A stretch of DNA of 64,000 bases from Nitrospirota bacterium (GCA_963790205.1 CAWBNQ010000005.1:192001-256000); one strand, 5' to 3'; positions 1 through 10,283 are shown, counted from the stretch's first letter. The notes: generated by a model not told the origin, from the letters alone. Numbers and translations: made by a program.

Positions 1-600
1 TACGCGTCCAAAGGCCTTCCCAAGGGTGAACTCCGGCTCGGATGGCTCTCGATGGTCGTCGTCCTGATAACGGGCGCGCTCCTGACCGTCGCCAGGGTCC
101 CGTCCCTTGAAATGTTCTACACCACGAGGTTCGGCGTCCTGTTGAGCGTTAAGATCTTCCTGTTTCTGGTCATGCTGTCGAGCGCGGCAGTCGTGACCCT
201 TTTCATCGGTCCGAAGCTGAGAAGACAGAAGGCCCTCGCCTCCCCGTTCCAGGACGGCGCCTGCACTCCTGATGGTCTCTGTCAATATGACGGCAGGGAC
301 GGACGTCCGGCCTATATCGCCTACAAGGGCATCATCTATGATGTAACGAAAAGCAAACTCTGGAAGAACGGCTCGCATGCGACGAAACACGCCGCCGGCA
401 GGGACCTGACCGCCCTCCTGAAAACCGCTCCTCACGGAGAGGACAAGATCCTCTCCCTCCCCGAGGTGGGAAGGCTGCTCGCGACCGGAGAGAAGGCCGA
501 TAAACCCTTCCATTTGCGGCTCTTCTACTTCTTTGCATATATGAATCTCGTCCTCGTATTCGTGATCACCTTCGTCATTGCGCTCATGAGATGGTGGTAG
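1..600 (+). CDS. Membrane protein with CopD-like helices and a cytochrome b5-like heme-binding domain (5' partial)
   Basis: Frame is open from base 1; hydrophobic helices plus YDGRDGRPAYIAYKGIIYDVT...H..G.DLT..APHG b5-type motif. Confidence 0.8.
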   Translation, partial: YASKGLPKGELRLGWLSMVVVLITGALLTVARVPSLEMFYTTRFGVLLSVKIFLFLVMLSSAAVVTLFIGPKLRRQKALASPFQDGACTPDGLCQYDGRDGRPAYIAYKGIIYDVTKSKLWKNGSHATKHAAGRDLTALLKTAPHGEDKILSLPEVGRLLATGEKADKPFHLRLFYFFAYMNLVLVFVITFVIALMRWW

Positions 601-769
601 GCTTTCCTCCGGAAAGAACAGTTAGAACGATTTAAACTGTTTAATCCGTTTAAACGGAACTCTTCCCGCGCATTTCTTCATATGATACCCGTCATAACAC
701 CATCCCCTGATCCATGGTAGAATATCCACATACTAAAACAGACACCCCCTTTTCCAGAAAGGATGACCT

Positions 770-1084
770 ATGGACGTACTCGATCTCAAGAAGCTGATCA
801 AGTTCAATCCCGACAAGATTTCCCGCGAGATGCTTTCCGACAAGCCGGAGATGCGCGTAGCGCTCATGTGCCTCAAGGCCGGTCAGAAGCTCGACCCCCA
901 TAAGGCGCCGCTCCGGCTCATGATGTACTGCGTCCAGGGAAAAGGCACCTTCACGGTCGGCGATGAGAAGATCGAAGCGGATGAGAAGACCTGCATTCTC
1001 TGCGACCCCTCGGTCCCGCACGGTTTTGACGCGAACAAAGGCTCGGACCTCGTGGTGCTGGCGATCGTGACGCCGGTGGAATAA
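770..1084 (+). CDS. Cupin-domain protein
   Basis: 104 aa; GQKLDPH...G.G.FTVG...PHGF cupin motifs; AGGA RBS. Confidence 0.85.
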   Translation: MDVLDLKKLIKFNPDKISREMLSDKPEMRVALMCLKAGQKLDPHKAPLRLMMYCVQGKGTFTVGDEKIEADEKTCILCDPSVPHGFDANKGSDLVVLAIVTPVE

Positions 1085-1332
1085 ATGCCCGCGCGACCCC
1101 GTGTTCCCTAAATCCGGAGTATCCCCGGTGCGCGCTCTCGCACCGACGCCCGCCCTTCTCGTTCATGCGCCCGTTGTCAGACAATCAAACCCGATAGCGG
1201 TCATGGTGCTATGCCATCCAGTCAGCGATGAATGATACGGCCGGGCGCTTGTTTTATTTTTTACAAATGAGCGGACATATGTTATATTGCGCTGTATCGG
1301 GAAAACGTTAGCCAGAGCATGAGGTTGCCAGG

Positions 1333-2109
1333 ATGGATTATCAAACCAGATCAAGCAGGGAAAAATCCCAGTACAACGAAAAGACCCTGAAGCGGGACTC
1401 CATAAATAAATATTTCATCCATGCCAACAGTCTTCTTTACTCCCGGCTTCACGAGGATGCCGGGAAATACATGCATCACTGCAAGGGGAAAAAGACGCTT
1501 GAACTGGGATGTGACGTGTGGAAAATATGGCTCGACAGCCCTGGGATAAGCCCCCGCGAATTGCATTGTATAAACATTTCCGAGGCCGAGCTTGAAACCG
1601 GCTCTCGTATGGCAATGAGCAGCACGGTTAAGCCGACGTTCCACTTGATGGACGCTCACAAGCTGGAATTTCCCGATGAGTGCTTCGATGTCGTCATTGG
1701 CGGCGCGATACTGCACCATCTTGATTTATCCAGAGCTTTACCCGAGATCCGCCGCGTTCTAAAACCCGGCGGCTTTATCATATTTGCGGAGCCCTTAAAT
1801 ATAAATCCTTTGTCGAAAATGATCAGAGGCCTGACGCCGAAAGCCAGGACTCTCGATGAAAAAGCTTTGGGTTTTAAAGAGCTGCGCTCTATCGGCAATT
1901 ATTTCGATATTTCCTTCACTGCATATCAGCTGTTTTCCATTCCGTTAAGCTTTATTTCCATGCTGTTATATGACGAGGCGGGAAATCCTGTAATGCGATT
2001 CGCTGATTTCCTGGATACAAGGATGCAACAGCTGCTCCCTTTTCTCAAATATTACTACCGGTACGCATTAATTACCGGTTACAAGCACTCTCATGGACAC
2101 CGGGAATGA
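1333..2109 (+). CDS. Class I SAM-dependent methyltransferase
   Basis: LELGC motif I, DAHKLEFPDECFDVV, LHHLD, LKPGG. Confidence 0.85.
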   Translation: MDYQTRSSREKSQYNEKTLKRDSINKYFIHANSLLYSRLHEDAGKYMHHCKGKKTLELGCDVWKIWLDSPGISPRELHCINISEAELETGSRMAMSSTVKPTFHLMDAHKLEFPDECFDVVIGGAILHHLDLSRALPEIRRVLKPGGFIIFAEPLNINPLSKMIRGLTPKARTLDEKALGFKELRSIGNYFDISFTAYQLFSIPLSFISMLLYDEAGNPVMRFADFLDTRMQQLLPFLKYYYRYALITGYKHSHGHRE

Positions 2110-2215
2110 AGCAAGCCCCGCCGATCGCTTCGCAGAGGCGCCAGGGCGCTCTCCCGGGCCTCAGTTTCTGAATAGTAACCCCAACCGGCGCACTATCCTT
2201 GGTGAAAATTAAAAC

Positions 2216-2896
2216 ATGAAGATCAAGGCGATAATTTTCGGAGCCACGGGCATGGTCGGAGAAGGAGTTCTCCGCGTGGCACTGGAGCATCCGGACGTTG
2301 AATCCGTTCTGGTCATAGGCAGAAGATCGTGCGATGTGAAGCACCCCAAGCTGAGGGAATTGCTTCACAAGGATTTTTACGACTATTCGGCCATTGAGGG
2401 ACACCTTGCCGGATATAATGCATGTTTCTTTTGCCTGGGCGTCTCTTCCGTGGGTATGAATGAAAAAGACTACACCCGCGTGACCTTCGACCTGACGATG
2501 GAGGCTGCTAAAACCTTGTCAAGGCTCAACCCCGATATGACCTTCTGTTATGTGTCCGGAGCAGGGACCGACAGCACTGAAAAAGGCCGCATCATGTGGG
2601 CGCGGGTGAAAGGCAGGGTGGAAAACCGTTTGAAGGAACTTCCCTTCAAGTCAGTGTATTTGTTCAGGCCGGGATTCATCAAGCCCATCAAGGGCCTCAG
2701 GCATGGGCACCTGATCTCCAAAGTAGTGGGAATGATGTATCCCCTTTTCAAAGTCATAAGCCCGAAGTATGTATGCACGCTGGAGGGTGTAGGCCTTGCG
2801 ATGATACACGCGGCCAAAGCAGGCCCTTCCAGACAGATCATTGAGAACAGGGACATCGCCCGGCTCGGCGCGACCGAAAGGGGCGGCAAAGCCTGA
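2216..2896 (+). CDS. NAD(P)-binding Rossmann (epimerase/SDR-like) protein
   Basis: FGATGMVG nucleotide-binding motif; FCLG and RPG motifs. Confidence 0.85.
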   Translation: MKIKAIIFGATGMVGEGVLRVALEHPDVESVLVIGRRSCDVKHPKLRELLHKDFYDYSAIEGHLAGYNACFFCLGVSSVGMNEKDYTRVTFDLTMEAAKTLSRLNPDMTFCYVSGAGTDSTEKGRIMWARVKGRVENRLKELPFKSVYLFRPGFIKPIKGLRHGHLISKVVGMMYPLFKVISPKYVCTLEGVGLAMIHAAKAGPSRQIIENRDIARLGATERGGKA

Positions 2897-2969
2897 CCTG
2901 GTTCATAGACAAGCAAGCGTGACACACCCGCTCCGGAGTAGGTAGGCATGTTCAGTTGTACCACCCGTA

Positions 2970-4142
2970 TCATAGATACTTCTCCAGCCGGTCCATCCTG
3001 AAATACAGAAGCAGTTCGACGAAGGACCGCGTGTGCACGGGGTCTTCGTTCATGCCGAAGAGATGCGTCTTGCAATCACAGTCCGATGAGCCGAAGTCCG
3101 GGATGCGCCAATCCGCTATCTTCCCGAGCGCCACTGCGATCTCGCATTCGAGATCATCGCTCGAGCGGACTGGAAGAACAGCGTGAAAATCGGCGGCAGC
3201 CCGCAGATAGTCGATGTGCCAATGATAATTTTTAATGAGTCTTTTATGCCGCTCGATGCGCTTCGTGAGATTTGCTTTGGCGGACCCGACGTAGAGATAA
3301 TATCCTTTTCTGAACTTGACCTCGACCAGGCCGCCGATCGTGATTTCCCGATCACGTTTTAACCTTATAATAAGGATATAACTCCCGCAGTCATGGGCCT
3401 CCTTCGCAACGAGATCCCACGGAATAACGAGGTCTCGTGCCGCGCCCAACAGCATCCCCGGATTCCATTCAACGGAGACGGCCCTTACCATGACACTGTC
3501 CTTTATCGACAGGAGCGTGCGCGAGAACTCGAGGTCCGTGTGGTGTTCAGGCATGAAGTACTCAGCTCTGTGCCAGTGGATGAGAAATACCACGGCGGCT
3601 TTCAATCCCTTTCTTGCAAGACCGGCCAGTTCCAGAAGATGCTTCGTCCCCCGCGCCGTGACGGCATCAGGGAACATGGCGATATGGTTGCCTACGAGGG
3701 TGCAGGATTTGATCTCTACAACGATCTCCTCCCCGTCCCTGCTGACCAGGAAATCGAAGCGGCTGTGCCCGATCGTGATCTCCGGCCTGAGGATGGTCGC
3801 CCCTTCCAGACCGGGTATTCTTCCCTGTTCGATGAGCTGTTGCGCAACGAGGTTGTTTGCGTGAGTATGGAGCATGATCGGGATGCCGTCGCGCTCTACA
3901 GCAACAACCGTGTAATCCGTGCTCCTTTCGGAGGGCTCATTATGCTTGACGAGGGAGAGAACGGCCCCGGGAAAGAAAAGTTCCCAGAGCCTGCCCGGAT
4001 TAGGAAGATATGCCCGTACGGTTTTCCTGTTGACCGTGCAGTGGACAATGAATCGGTTAGGCCTGTCAAGAAATGCGCCTTTATGAATAGCAGGGGAAGA
4101 CGGAGAAGGGCTGAAGAAAGTATTATTGCCGCGGCTTACCAT
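2970..4142 (-). CDS. sfsA: SfsA nuclease fused to a C-terminal GIY-YIG (DUF123-like) domain
   Basis: RPNRF, PNPGRL, SRFDF, EIKS, FPDAVTARG (SfsA); GSY..YLYVGSA..RIERH..WHIDYL..FGSSDC.C..HL (DUF123). Start uncertain. Confidence 0.85.
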   Translation of the reverse strand: MVSRGNNTFFSPSPSSPAIHKGAFLDRPNRFIVHCTVNRKTVRAYLPNPGRLWELFFPGAVLSLVKHNEPSERSTDYTVVAVERDGIPIMLHTHANNLVAQQLIEQGRIPGLEGATILRPEITIGHSRFDFLVSRDGEEIVVEIKSCTLVGNHIAMFPDAVTARGTKHLLELAGLARKGLKAAVVFLIHWHRAEYFMPEHHTDLEFSRTLLSIKDSVMVRAVSVEWNPGMLLGAARDLVIPWDLVAKEAHDCGSYILIIRLKRDREITIGGLVEVKFRKGYYLYVGSAKANLTKRIERHKRLIKNYHWHIDYLRAAADFHAVLPVRSSDDLECEIAVALGKIADWRIPDFGSSDCDCKTHLFGMNEDPVHTRSFVELLLYFRMDRLEKYL

Positions 4143-4228
4143 AGATGAACACGGATGCTGCAAAGTTTCAGGAGAAAAAGCGACACGAAAGCGGAGCTTG
4201 CTGCTCTTGTTGAAGCGGAAATCCTTTA

Positions 4229-4636
4229 TCAGCAGGCGTCGTGTTGTCGCATGACAAAGTCATGCACTTCCGCGAAGACCTCAAACCAATTTGCATCGGC
4301 AACGGATTCGATATTGGCCCCGATGAGGAAAGAACCGTTTTTTTCAACACAATGCTTTATGCGGGCGCCGAAAGAGACTTCTTTTGCCAACAATTGCGCG
4401 ATGGAAATAATGCAATCGACGGAGGAATCTATGTCCAGCCGCACGGCACTCACGAACAAGACCCCGCGCCGGCTGAAATTTCCGATGTCCACATGCTCGA
4501 AAGCATTGCCGGACCTGACTCGCAGCTTGACGTGCTGTTTGTACACGGCAGGCACGTGGTATCGTTCGTCCACCCTCTTTTCATGAGAGTCCCCATCGCG
4601 GTTGGACGTTCGGTGACCTTTTTTCCCATGAGTCAT
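4229..4636 (-). CDS. PilZ-domain protein
   Basis: EKRVDERY (RxxxR) and NFSRRG (D/NxSxxG) motifs; GGAGGAG RBS before ATG 4636. Confidence 0.75.
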   Translation of the reverse strand: MTHGKKGHRTSNRDGDSHEKRVDERYHVPAVYKQHVKLRVRSGNAFEHVDIGNFSRRGVLFVSAVRLDIDSSVDCIISIAQLLAKEVSFGARIKHCVEKNGSFLIGANIESVADANWFEVFAEVHDFVMRQHDAC

Positions 4637-4862
4637 GTGCTCCTCCGTGGGGTTATCAAGTACTCCCACTGTATCCTTTTAGCAAACCTCGACAAAAACA
4701 TCAAGTAAAAAAAACGGGGCAAAAGCGCATATCTCCCGTGTCAACTGCGGGGCGCGCGTCGAAGCGCAACAGGGAACCGGGTCAGAGAAAAGGCTTGCTC
4801 CAGCTCAGGTTCAACAAAGCATCGTCACGCAGGAACCGGACATACTGTCCACAGCGAAAAAT

Positions 4863-4895
4863 AAAAAAGCCCTCGGATTATTCCGAGGGCTTTTT
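4863..4895. terminator. Bidirectional intrinsic terminator downstream of the octaheme gene
   Basis: AAAAAAGCCCTCGGA-TTAT-TCCGAGGGCTTTTT hairpin with A and T tracts. Confidence 0.85.
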
Positions 4896-4912
4896 GACGC
4901 TCGATCTTTTTT

Positions 4913-6271
4913 CTAATTCGCTGTTGCCCCGCCGTACCGCTGATTGTAGAACTTCTGGATATTCTCGAGCTGTTCCTTGCTGATGCCCTTGATATACCAG
5001 TCATGCCGCTCATTGGGCTCAATGTATTTCTTGGTAATCTCGGCGTAGAGCTCCGGACCGGCCGCTTCCTTCACCTGGGGCAGGAACTCCGTATAAAAGT
5101 TCTTGGCCACCTCGTAGATGCCGTGCCACCAGGCATAATCCGGGCCCATCATGGCCGCGCCGTGACGCGCGCGCCTGCCTTCATGGTGCCACAACTCAAA
5201 ATAGGTCCACTCCAGCTTGTTCGAATAATCATTCGGCTTGAGTTTTCCTTTGTCGATCAGTTCCTGCCGGATCGCGGTGGCCGGTATTGCGAACTTGTCA
5301 TTGTAGAAGTTCACAAAGTTGTCGAACTGATAATAGAAGGCGTCCACAAACGGTGAAGCATGGCAGCTGTTGCAAACGTCCTTCATGTTCTCACGCCTCT
5401 TGTCCGCGTTCTCCAGTTTCTTCGAAACAGGCGGCCGCAAGGTCCAGCTGATCCGCGCGCCCACGTCGTGCGTAACCGGCTGGTTCGGCGTTGCGCCCAT
5501 GTGGCAGGTGACGCAGGTCGGCGCGGCGCTGTAGTCCCTGCCCACGACCCACGAGTCCTTGTGCATATTCATGCGGTCCTTGTTTGCCTCGTAGGCGATA
5601 CCGTGCTTGGACTCCTGGTAGATCTCGATCTGCGGATGGTCGGGTCCGAGATGGCACTTGCCGCAGGTCTCGGGCTCCCGCGCCTGGGCCTTCGAGAAGT
5701 TGTGCCGTTGATGACAGGCCGAGCAGGAGCCCTTGGAGCCGTCGGGATTGATCCGGCCGATGCCGGTGTTGGGCCAGGTGTTTTTGTCGATTTTCCCGTC
5801 AGCGCCGACCTTCACGATTCCGCCATGGCACTGGCGGCACCCTACGGTGACCGCCTCGGGACCGCCGACAACTTCACCGAGGTAATTGTCCAGGGAGTTG
5901 AGAACGTCCTGCGCTTTTGCATGATGGCTCTCGGTCATCTGCTTTTCTTCCTTGGCATGGCATTTTCCGCAGTCCTTGGGGGATACGATGACGTGGATCG
6001 TAAAACCGTTGTGCTCCATCGCGCCGGGGTCGCCCTTCTCAGACTTGTGGCAGGAAACGCAGTCCACACCCTTTTCTGCGTGTTTGCTCAATCTCCACTC
6101 CTGCACGAACGAGGGCGACTGGGCCTCATGACAGCTGATGCATGCCTGGCCTTCCTTTGAAATTTTTACCGCCGCCTTCCCTTTTGCGGCTTCACCCGGT
6201 GTCGTTGAGAGGGTCAGCGCCGCGCCGAACAAGAGTGCCGCCAGAACAATAAACACAGCCTTCGTTCTCAT
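4913..6271 (-). CDS. hao: Octaheme hydroxylamine oxidoreductase-family cytochrome c (probably reductive, epsilon-Hao-like)
   Basis: Signal peptide; 8 CxxCH motifs (CISCH, CVSCH, CGKCH, CRQCH, CSACH, CGKCH, CVTCH, CNSCH); GPDHPQ.EIY.ESKHG and WHHEGRRARHG..MMGPDYAWWHG. Confidence 0.85.
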   Translation of the reverse strand: MRTKAVFIVLAALLFGAALTLSTTPGEAAKGKAAVKISKEGQACISCHEAQSPSFVQEWRLSKHAEKGVDCVSCHKSEKGDPGAMEHNGFTIHVIVSPKDCGKCHAKEEKQMTESHHAKAQDVLNSLDNYLGEVVGGPEAVTVGCRQCHGGIVKVGADGKIDKNTWPNTGIGRINPDGSKGSCSACHQRHNFSKAQAREPETCGKCHLGPDHPQIEIYQESKHGIAYEANKDRMNMHKDSWVVGRDYSAAPTCVTCHMGATPNQPVTHDVGARISWTLRPPVSKKLENADKRRENMKDVCNSCHASPFVDAFYYQFDNFVNFYNDKFAIPATAIRQELIDKGKLKPNDYSNKLEWTYFELWHHEGRRARHGAAMMGPDYAWWHGIYEVAKNFYTEFLPQVKEAAGPELYAEITKKYIEPNERHDWYIKGISKEQLENIQKFYNQRYGGATAN

Positions 6272-6296
6272 CTTTGCCTCCTTTGTTTCCCAGGAT

Positions 6297-6842
6297 TTAG
6301 AACCAGTATTCGGGATATTTTCTGTTCTTTGAAAGGTTGTTCACGAGCAGGGCGACGATCAAAAGGATGATCGCCCCGCTGCCAGCGGGAACGACAGAGT
6401 AGAAATAGCCGAGATTGTGCACCTTGGCCCCGCCTATGACGGCGATCAATGCCGTTGCGCCGCCGGGCGGGTGGAGCGTTTTGGTGGCGAGCATGGCGAC
6501 AATGGCGAGCGAAACAGCCATGGCCGCGGCGATCCAGAGCGTGCCGCCGAAGAGCTGATAGCAGGCGACTCCCACAAGACCCGAGAGCATGTGCCCGCCC
6601 ACCAGATTTCGCGGCTGCGCGAGGGGGCTCTTGATCGCGCCGTAGATCAGGACTGCCGAAGCGCCGAAGGAACCGATGAGCAGCGACAGGTCCCTGGGTT
6701 CGAAATAGCTGGACGACAGGAACCCGCATATTCCGATGCCGAGCGCGGAACCGAGCCAGGACCAGGCAAGCTCCCGGATGCCTACGCCCGGCGGGCTCTT
6801 CGCACTTCCCTTCATCTTGGAAATATATTCGGCTATGGTCAT
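6297..6842 (-). CDS. HPP-family membrane protein
   Basis: GSFGASAVL, SPLAQPRN and LHPPGGATAL motifs. Confidence 0.9.
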   Translation of the reverse strand: MTIAEYISKMKGSAKSPPGVGIRELAWSWLGSALGIGICGFLSSSYFEPRDLSLLIGSFGASAVLIYGAIKSPLAQPRNLVGGHMLSGLVGVACYQLFGGTLWIAAAMAVSLAIVAMLATKTLHPPGGATALIAVIGGAKVHNLGYFYSVVPAGSGAIILLIVALLVNNLSKNRKYPEYWF

Positions 6843-6933
6843 AGGTTATCAGAACAAAGGCGGGGTAGGGAGCATTATCGCCCGCGCCCGGCGGCTTTTG
6901 TTCTCCCTCGTTTTTCGCCCCTCGCGAGCGTAT

Positions 6934-7527
6934 TCATGTCTTCCGTTTTTCTCCCACGGAACGGATAATGTCTCCCCGGGAGATGATCCCCAGGAGCTTT
7001 CCTTCGGGACCAACGACCGGAAGCCTCTTGATGCGGCGCATGTCGAGAACAGCGGCGACCTCTTTAACGTCCGCGTCCGGCTCCGTGGTTACGGGAGGCG
7101 TGCTCATGACATCTGCCACGCGGTCGCCGTCCTTTCTCTTCGGCAGGGACTTTCCGAGCAGGCGCCGCAGAAGGCTCTTTGGCGTTCGTTCTTTTTTCGC
7201 TCCGGCCGGCGAAGGGATATCGGCTTCGGAAATGACGCCGATGACGCGGTCATTTTCATCCACCACGGGCATACCGCTGATCTTGTGCTCGGACAGGAGC
7301 TTCGCCGCTTCATGGACGCTCGTGTCCCCGGTGACACGGAACACCTTGCCGGTCATCACGCTCTGGACCGGTATCATCGTGGAGCGGCGCTCCCGCGCGT
7401 GGCGGACGGCGAGGACATAGATCTTCATCAGGTCCTCCTCCGTAATGTCCACATAGGCCTTGAGCTCCACGAGGGCGGCCCGCAGGTCTTCTTCTGAAAT
7501 TGAAGGACAGGCATTGCAGATTTCCAT
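6934..7527 (-). CDS. CBS-domain pair protein
   Basis: Two CBS repeats (ISGMPVVD..GVIS; IKRLPVV..GIISRGD); GGAGG RBS before ATG 7527. Confidence 0.85.
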   Translation of the reverse strand: MEICNACPSISEEDLRAALVELKAYVDITEEDLMKIYVLAVRHARERRSTMIPVQSVMTGKVFRVTGDTSVHEAAKLLSEHKISGMPVVDENDRVIGVISEADIPSPAGAKKERTPKSLLRRLLGKSLPKRKDGDRVADVMSTPPVTTEPDADVKEVAAVLDMRRIKRLPVVGPEGKLLGIISRGDIIRSVGEKRKT

Positions 7528-7671
7528 AAGCCTCCGGTAAGAACACGGGCGCCAGAGCGCTGAAACGGCTTCGCGGGACAGCGGGCGCCCGAACGGTCTG
7601 TTTCGGAAGATAGTATAACGAAGAACGAAAAGAACCGGTATGACGAAAATCATACCGGGCACGGCATCAGA

Positions 7672-8568
7672 TTATTTCTCTTTGTCCTCGGCCCGGGTCA
7701 CGATCCAGAAGACAAAGCCGATGACGAGGATGGCGGCGATGAGGTAGTAAATGGACTCCGGGTTTTCATGTTTCAACGTTGCGATCATGGTCTCCCGGAT
7801 CATGGTCACGAGGGCCACGCCCACGAACACGCTGATATGGAACTTGCCGCCCTTGAGGTGGGATATTTCGGTGTTCATGAGTTCGATCATGAGCCAGAGC
7901 AACAGCATGGACCCCAGGGCGGAGATGATGCCCCGCTCCACGTCGCCGGAGAAGAGGTGCAGCACGTCCTGCACGAAGAGCCACACAACGCCCAGCGTGA
8001 GGCCGATGAGCGCGACGACGAGCAGGAGGTTGGTGGTCTGGGAGAACCATTCGGAAAAATTGATCAGTGCGCTCCTTACCTTATAAACGGGCGAAAAGGT
8101 CCTTAACTCCTCTTCGAGGTAGGAGGTCGTGATGACGTCGAGGCTGATGTCGAGGATCTTGCCGACGGAGATGATCTGGTTGGTCGCCTCCACTTTGTCC
8201 GCTTCCTGTTTCTGCAGGAGGCCGATGCAGGCGTTCTTGACGAGGTTGACGGCCCTGTTCATATAGTGGGTATCAACGTTGTGCTTTACGTGGGCGGAGC
8301 CGATGCGGATAAGCTTTTCATAGTACCGGTTGTCGTACTTTCCCGAAAAAAGATCGATGAACCATTCGCGCTGGGACCCGAAGACGTGCTTTTTCCTCGA
8401 TTCCTCGGTAAAGAACTGAGCAGCCCCCTTGGTCCCCATGATCCAGAGGCCGAGCGTGCTCATAATCTCGTCGGCGTGTTCTTCCATGAGCGGCCGCAGG
8501 CCCGCGAGACGCTGTTCGTCCTCTTCGGCAAACCGGTAATCGTGCTTGATCTCCCTGAACGATCTCAT
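7672..8568 (-). CDS. Protoglobin domain fused to a PsiE-like membrane domain
   Basis: N-terminal globin-sensor fold (W..LFSG.YD..Y...L.RIG..HV) plus four C-terminal TM helices with ALV..IRE. Confidence 0.75.
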   Translation of the reverse strand: MRSFREIKHDYRFAEEDEQRLAGLRPLMEEHADEIMSTLGLWIMGTKGAAQFFTEESRKKHVFGSQREWFIDLFSGKYDNRYYEKLIRIGSAHVKHNVDTHYMNRAVNLVKNACIGLLQKQEADKVEATNQIISVGKILDISLDVITTSYLEEELRTFSPVYKVRSALINFSEWFSQTTNLLLVVALIGLTLGVVWLFVQDVLHLFSGDVERGIISALGSMLLLWLMIELMNTEISHLKGGKFHISVFVGVALVTMIRETMIATLKHENPESIYYLIAAILVIGFVFWIVTRAEDKEK

Positions 8569-8644
8569 TGAGATTATATCCTCCTCTTAATTGTAGCACA
8601 GGAAAAAACCGTTCCCCGGGTACTCGGCAGTGCCGGCAGGCCGT

Positions 8645-9736
8645 TCAAAACACGTTCATTACCGCCGTTCCGTCCGCCACCAGGACTGCTTTTATCGCGT
8701 TCGTCGTTATCCCGACGGAAACAAGCCGAAGGTCGCGAATTTCCCCTCTGATGTTCATGTGCTGGTTTAAATTGCGGTTCAGCGCGCGGGAGAGGAGACC
8801 TTTTTCAGCGTCGATCCTGTCCCCGATAAACCACGCTGCCCGGTCCGCGAGACCCTCCCGAAGCCTGGTGTGCAGCAGCCAGTCGGCGGCTTGTATGAGG
8901 ACCTGTTTCGTTTCAACCGTATATTCCGGATTTCGCACCATGAAGGACCGCGTCGTCTCGTCGTATGCCGGCACGCCGGTCAGGTAAACAGTGCCTTTGA
9001 CCGTCCCTTTGACGCTTACCGCCATGACGATCGAACCGCCGGAGCCATACAGCCTCACTTTTTCAATGACGACGGTTTCACCCGGCGCGGAATAAGTTCT
9101 TCCTTCCAGTTTTTTCGTCAGCTCTTTTCCAAGAAAATCGAAGGACAGCTCGCTCTCGAGCGCAATATGAAAACCCGTTTCGGGCGGTACAGCGGTCATT
9201 GTTATCTCGGGAAGCGATTGCGCGGTCATGGGAACTGCCGTAACCGGAACAATCTTCGGCTTGAGATCAAATCCCACGACAACCGTCACCATATCGTCCG
9301 GCTTCGCCGGAGGTGAAACGTGGACCGCCTGGGGATTGAGCAGGAGAACAAGAGTATCCTCCAGCCTGATCGGCGCCTGCAGGGATTCCCAGACCCTGGC
9401 TGCTTGTTGCCGCAGATAGCGGTTTTGCGCGAGATTATTATCTTTCTTTGACGCCTGCCTCCTGAGAAAATCCTGAATTTTCCCCGCGATGACGTTCTCC
9501 CGCCCCGTCCCGGCAGGTCCGGTATCTTTCGATAACAACTGGCCAAGATCGTCGAGGATTGATTTTACTGAAACCGTAATCGGCATGTTAATAGTGGATT
9601 TTTCAATGACCGGCTCAGCAATCGGCGTTGCGAAAGCTTCCGGGGCGGGAATGGTGAAGCGGGCGCACCCGTACATCAATGAACCGAACAAATACAGACC
9701 GACCACGGTTAACGTGCGTTTGGTATGGGTGAACAT
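8645..9736 (-). CDS. DUF4403-like lipoprotein
   Basis: Lipobox-like YGC; GTVYLTG.P.YD and W..LQ.PI motifs. Confidence 0.7.
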   Translation of the reverse strand: MFTHTKRTLTVVGLYLFGSLMYGCARFTIPAPEAFATPIAEPVIEKSTINMPITVSVKSILDDLGQLLSKDTGPAGTGRENVIAGKIQDFLRRQASKKDNNLAQNRYLRQQAARVWESLQAPIRLEDTLVLLLNPQAVHVSPPAKPDDMVTVVVGFDLKPKIVPVTAVPMTAQSLPEITMTAVPPETGFHIALESELSFDFLGKELTKKLEGRTYSAPGETVVIEKVRLYGSGGSIVMAVSVKGTVKGTVYLTGVPAYDETTRSFMVRNPEYTVETKQVLIQAADWLLHTRLREGLADRAAWFIGDRIDAEKGLLSRALNRNLNQHMNIRGEIRDLRLVSVGITTNAIKAVLVADGTAVMNVF

Positions 9737-9901
9737 GGTGTTTTCTTGCCAGGGAGTATTTCGACGATACGGTGAATTGAGAACCGCCGGCGCACGGCGA
9801 CTTTTCAGCGCATGATAACATTATAGCAGCCTTTTATCGGTTCAAATGTGTGAAGCGGCGGGTCAAGACAATTCAGAATATTTTGCGCCGATACCCTCAA
9901 A

Positions 9902-9919
9902 ATACCCCGCCCGGGGTAT
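9902..9919. promoter_or_regulatory. CsoR/RcnR-type operator-like palindrome
   Basis: ATACCCC-GCCC-GGGGTAT perfect inverted repeat in a divergent intergenic region. Confidence 0.45.
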
Positions 9920-10018
9920 GGATTTCCCCTTTGAATAATAGTATCATCGAACCATAAAAAAAGGTGTAGACAGCAATCAATTGCCGTCTATCGAACGTCA
10001 CAGGGGGGATGGTACACG

Positions 10019-10192
10019 ATGCCGCTGTTATTACAGGATGTTTTTCGCGAGGCGATCGACAAGACCAAGCAGCTCGGGATGTGGGAAAAACTGACTATCA
10101 AGCAAAGAGAAGCGCTGGTGAGCAAATATCTTCTGGAATACTACAACAAAAAGCGCAGCCCCTTGAAAGCCGCTGTAACCGCCGGCTACTGA
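10019..10192 (+). CDS. Small hypothetical protein (57 aa), absent from the ORF track
   Basis: MPLLLQDVFREAIDKTKQLGMWEKLTIKQREALVSKYLLEYYNKKRSPLKAAVTAGY; G-rich RBS; fills the intergenic gap. Confidence 0.55.
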   Translation: MPLLLQDVFREAIDKTKQLGMWEKLTIKQREALVSKYLLEYYNKKRSPLKAAVTAGY

Positions 10193-10283
10193 CGTCGCGG
10201 GTCCAGTCTCTTCTCCCTGCACTCCTCGGGTCTTCGGCACGCTGCATCCTCATTCCACTGTTTAACGAAACAAGGACCCCCTA

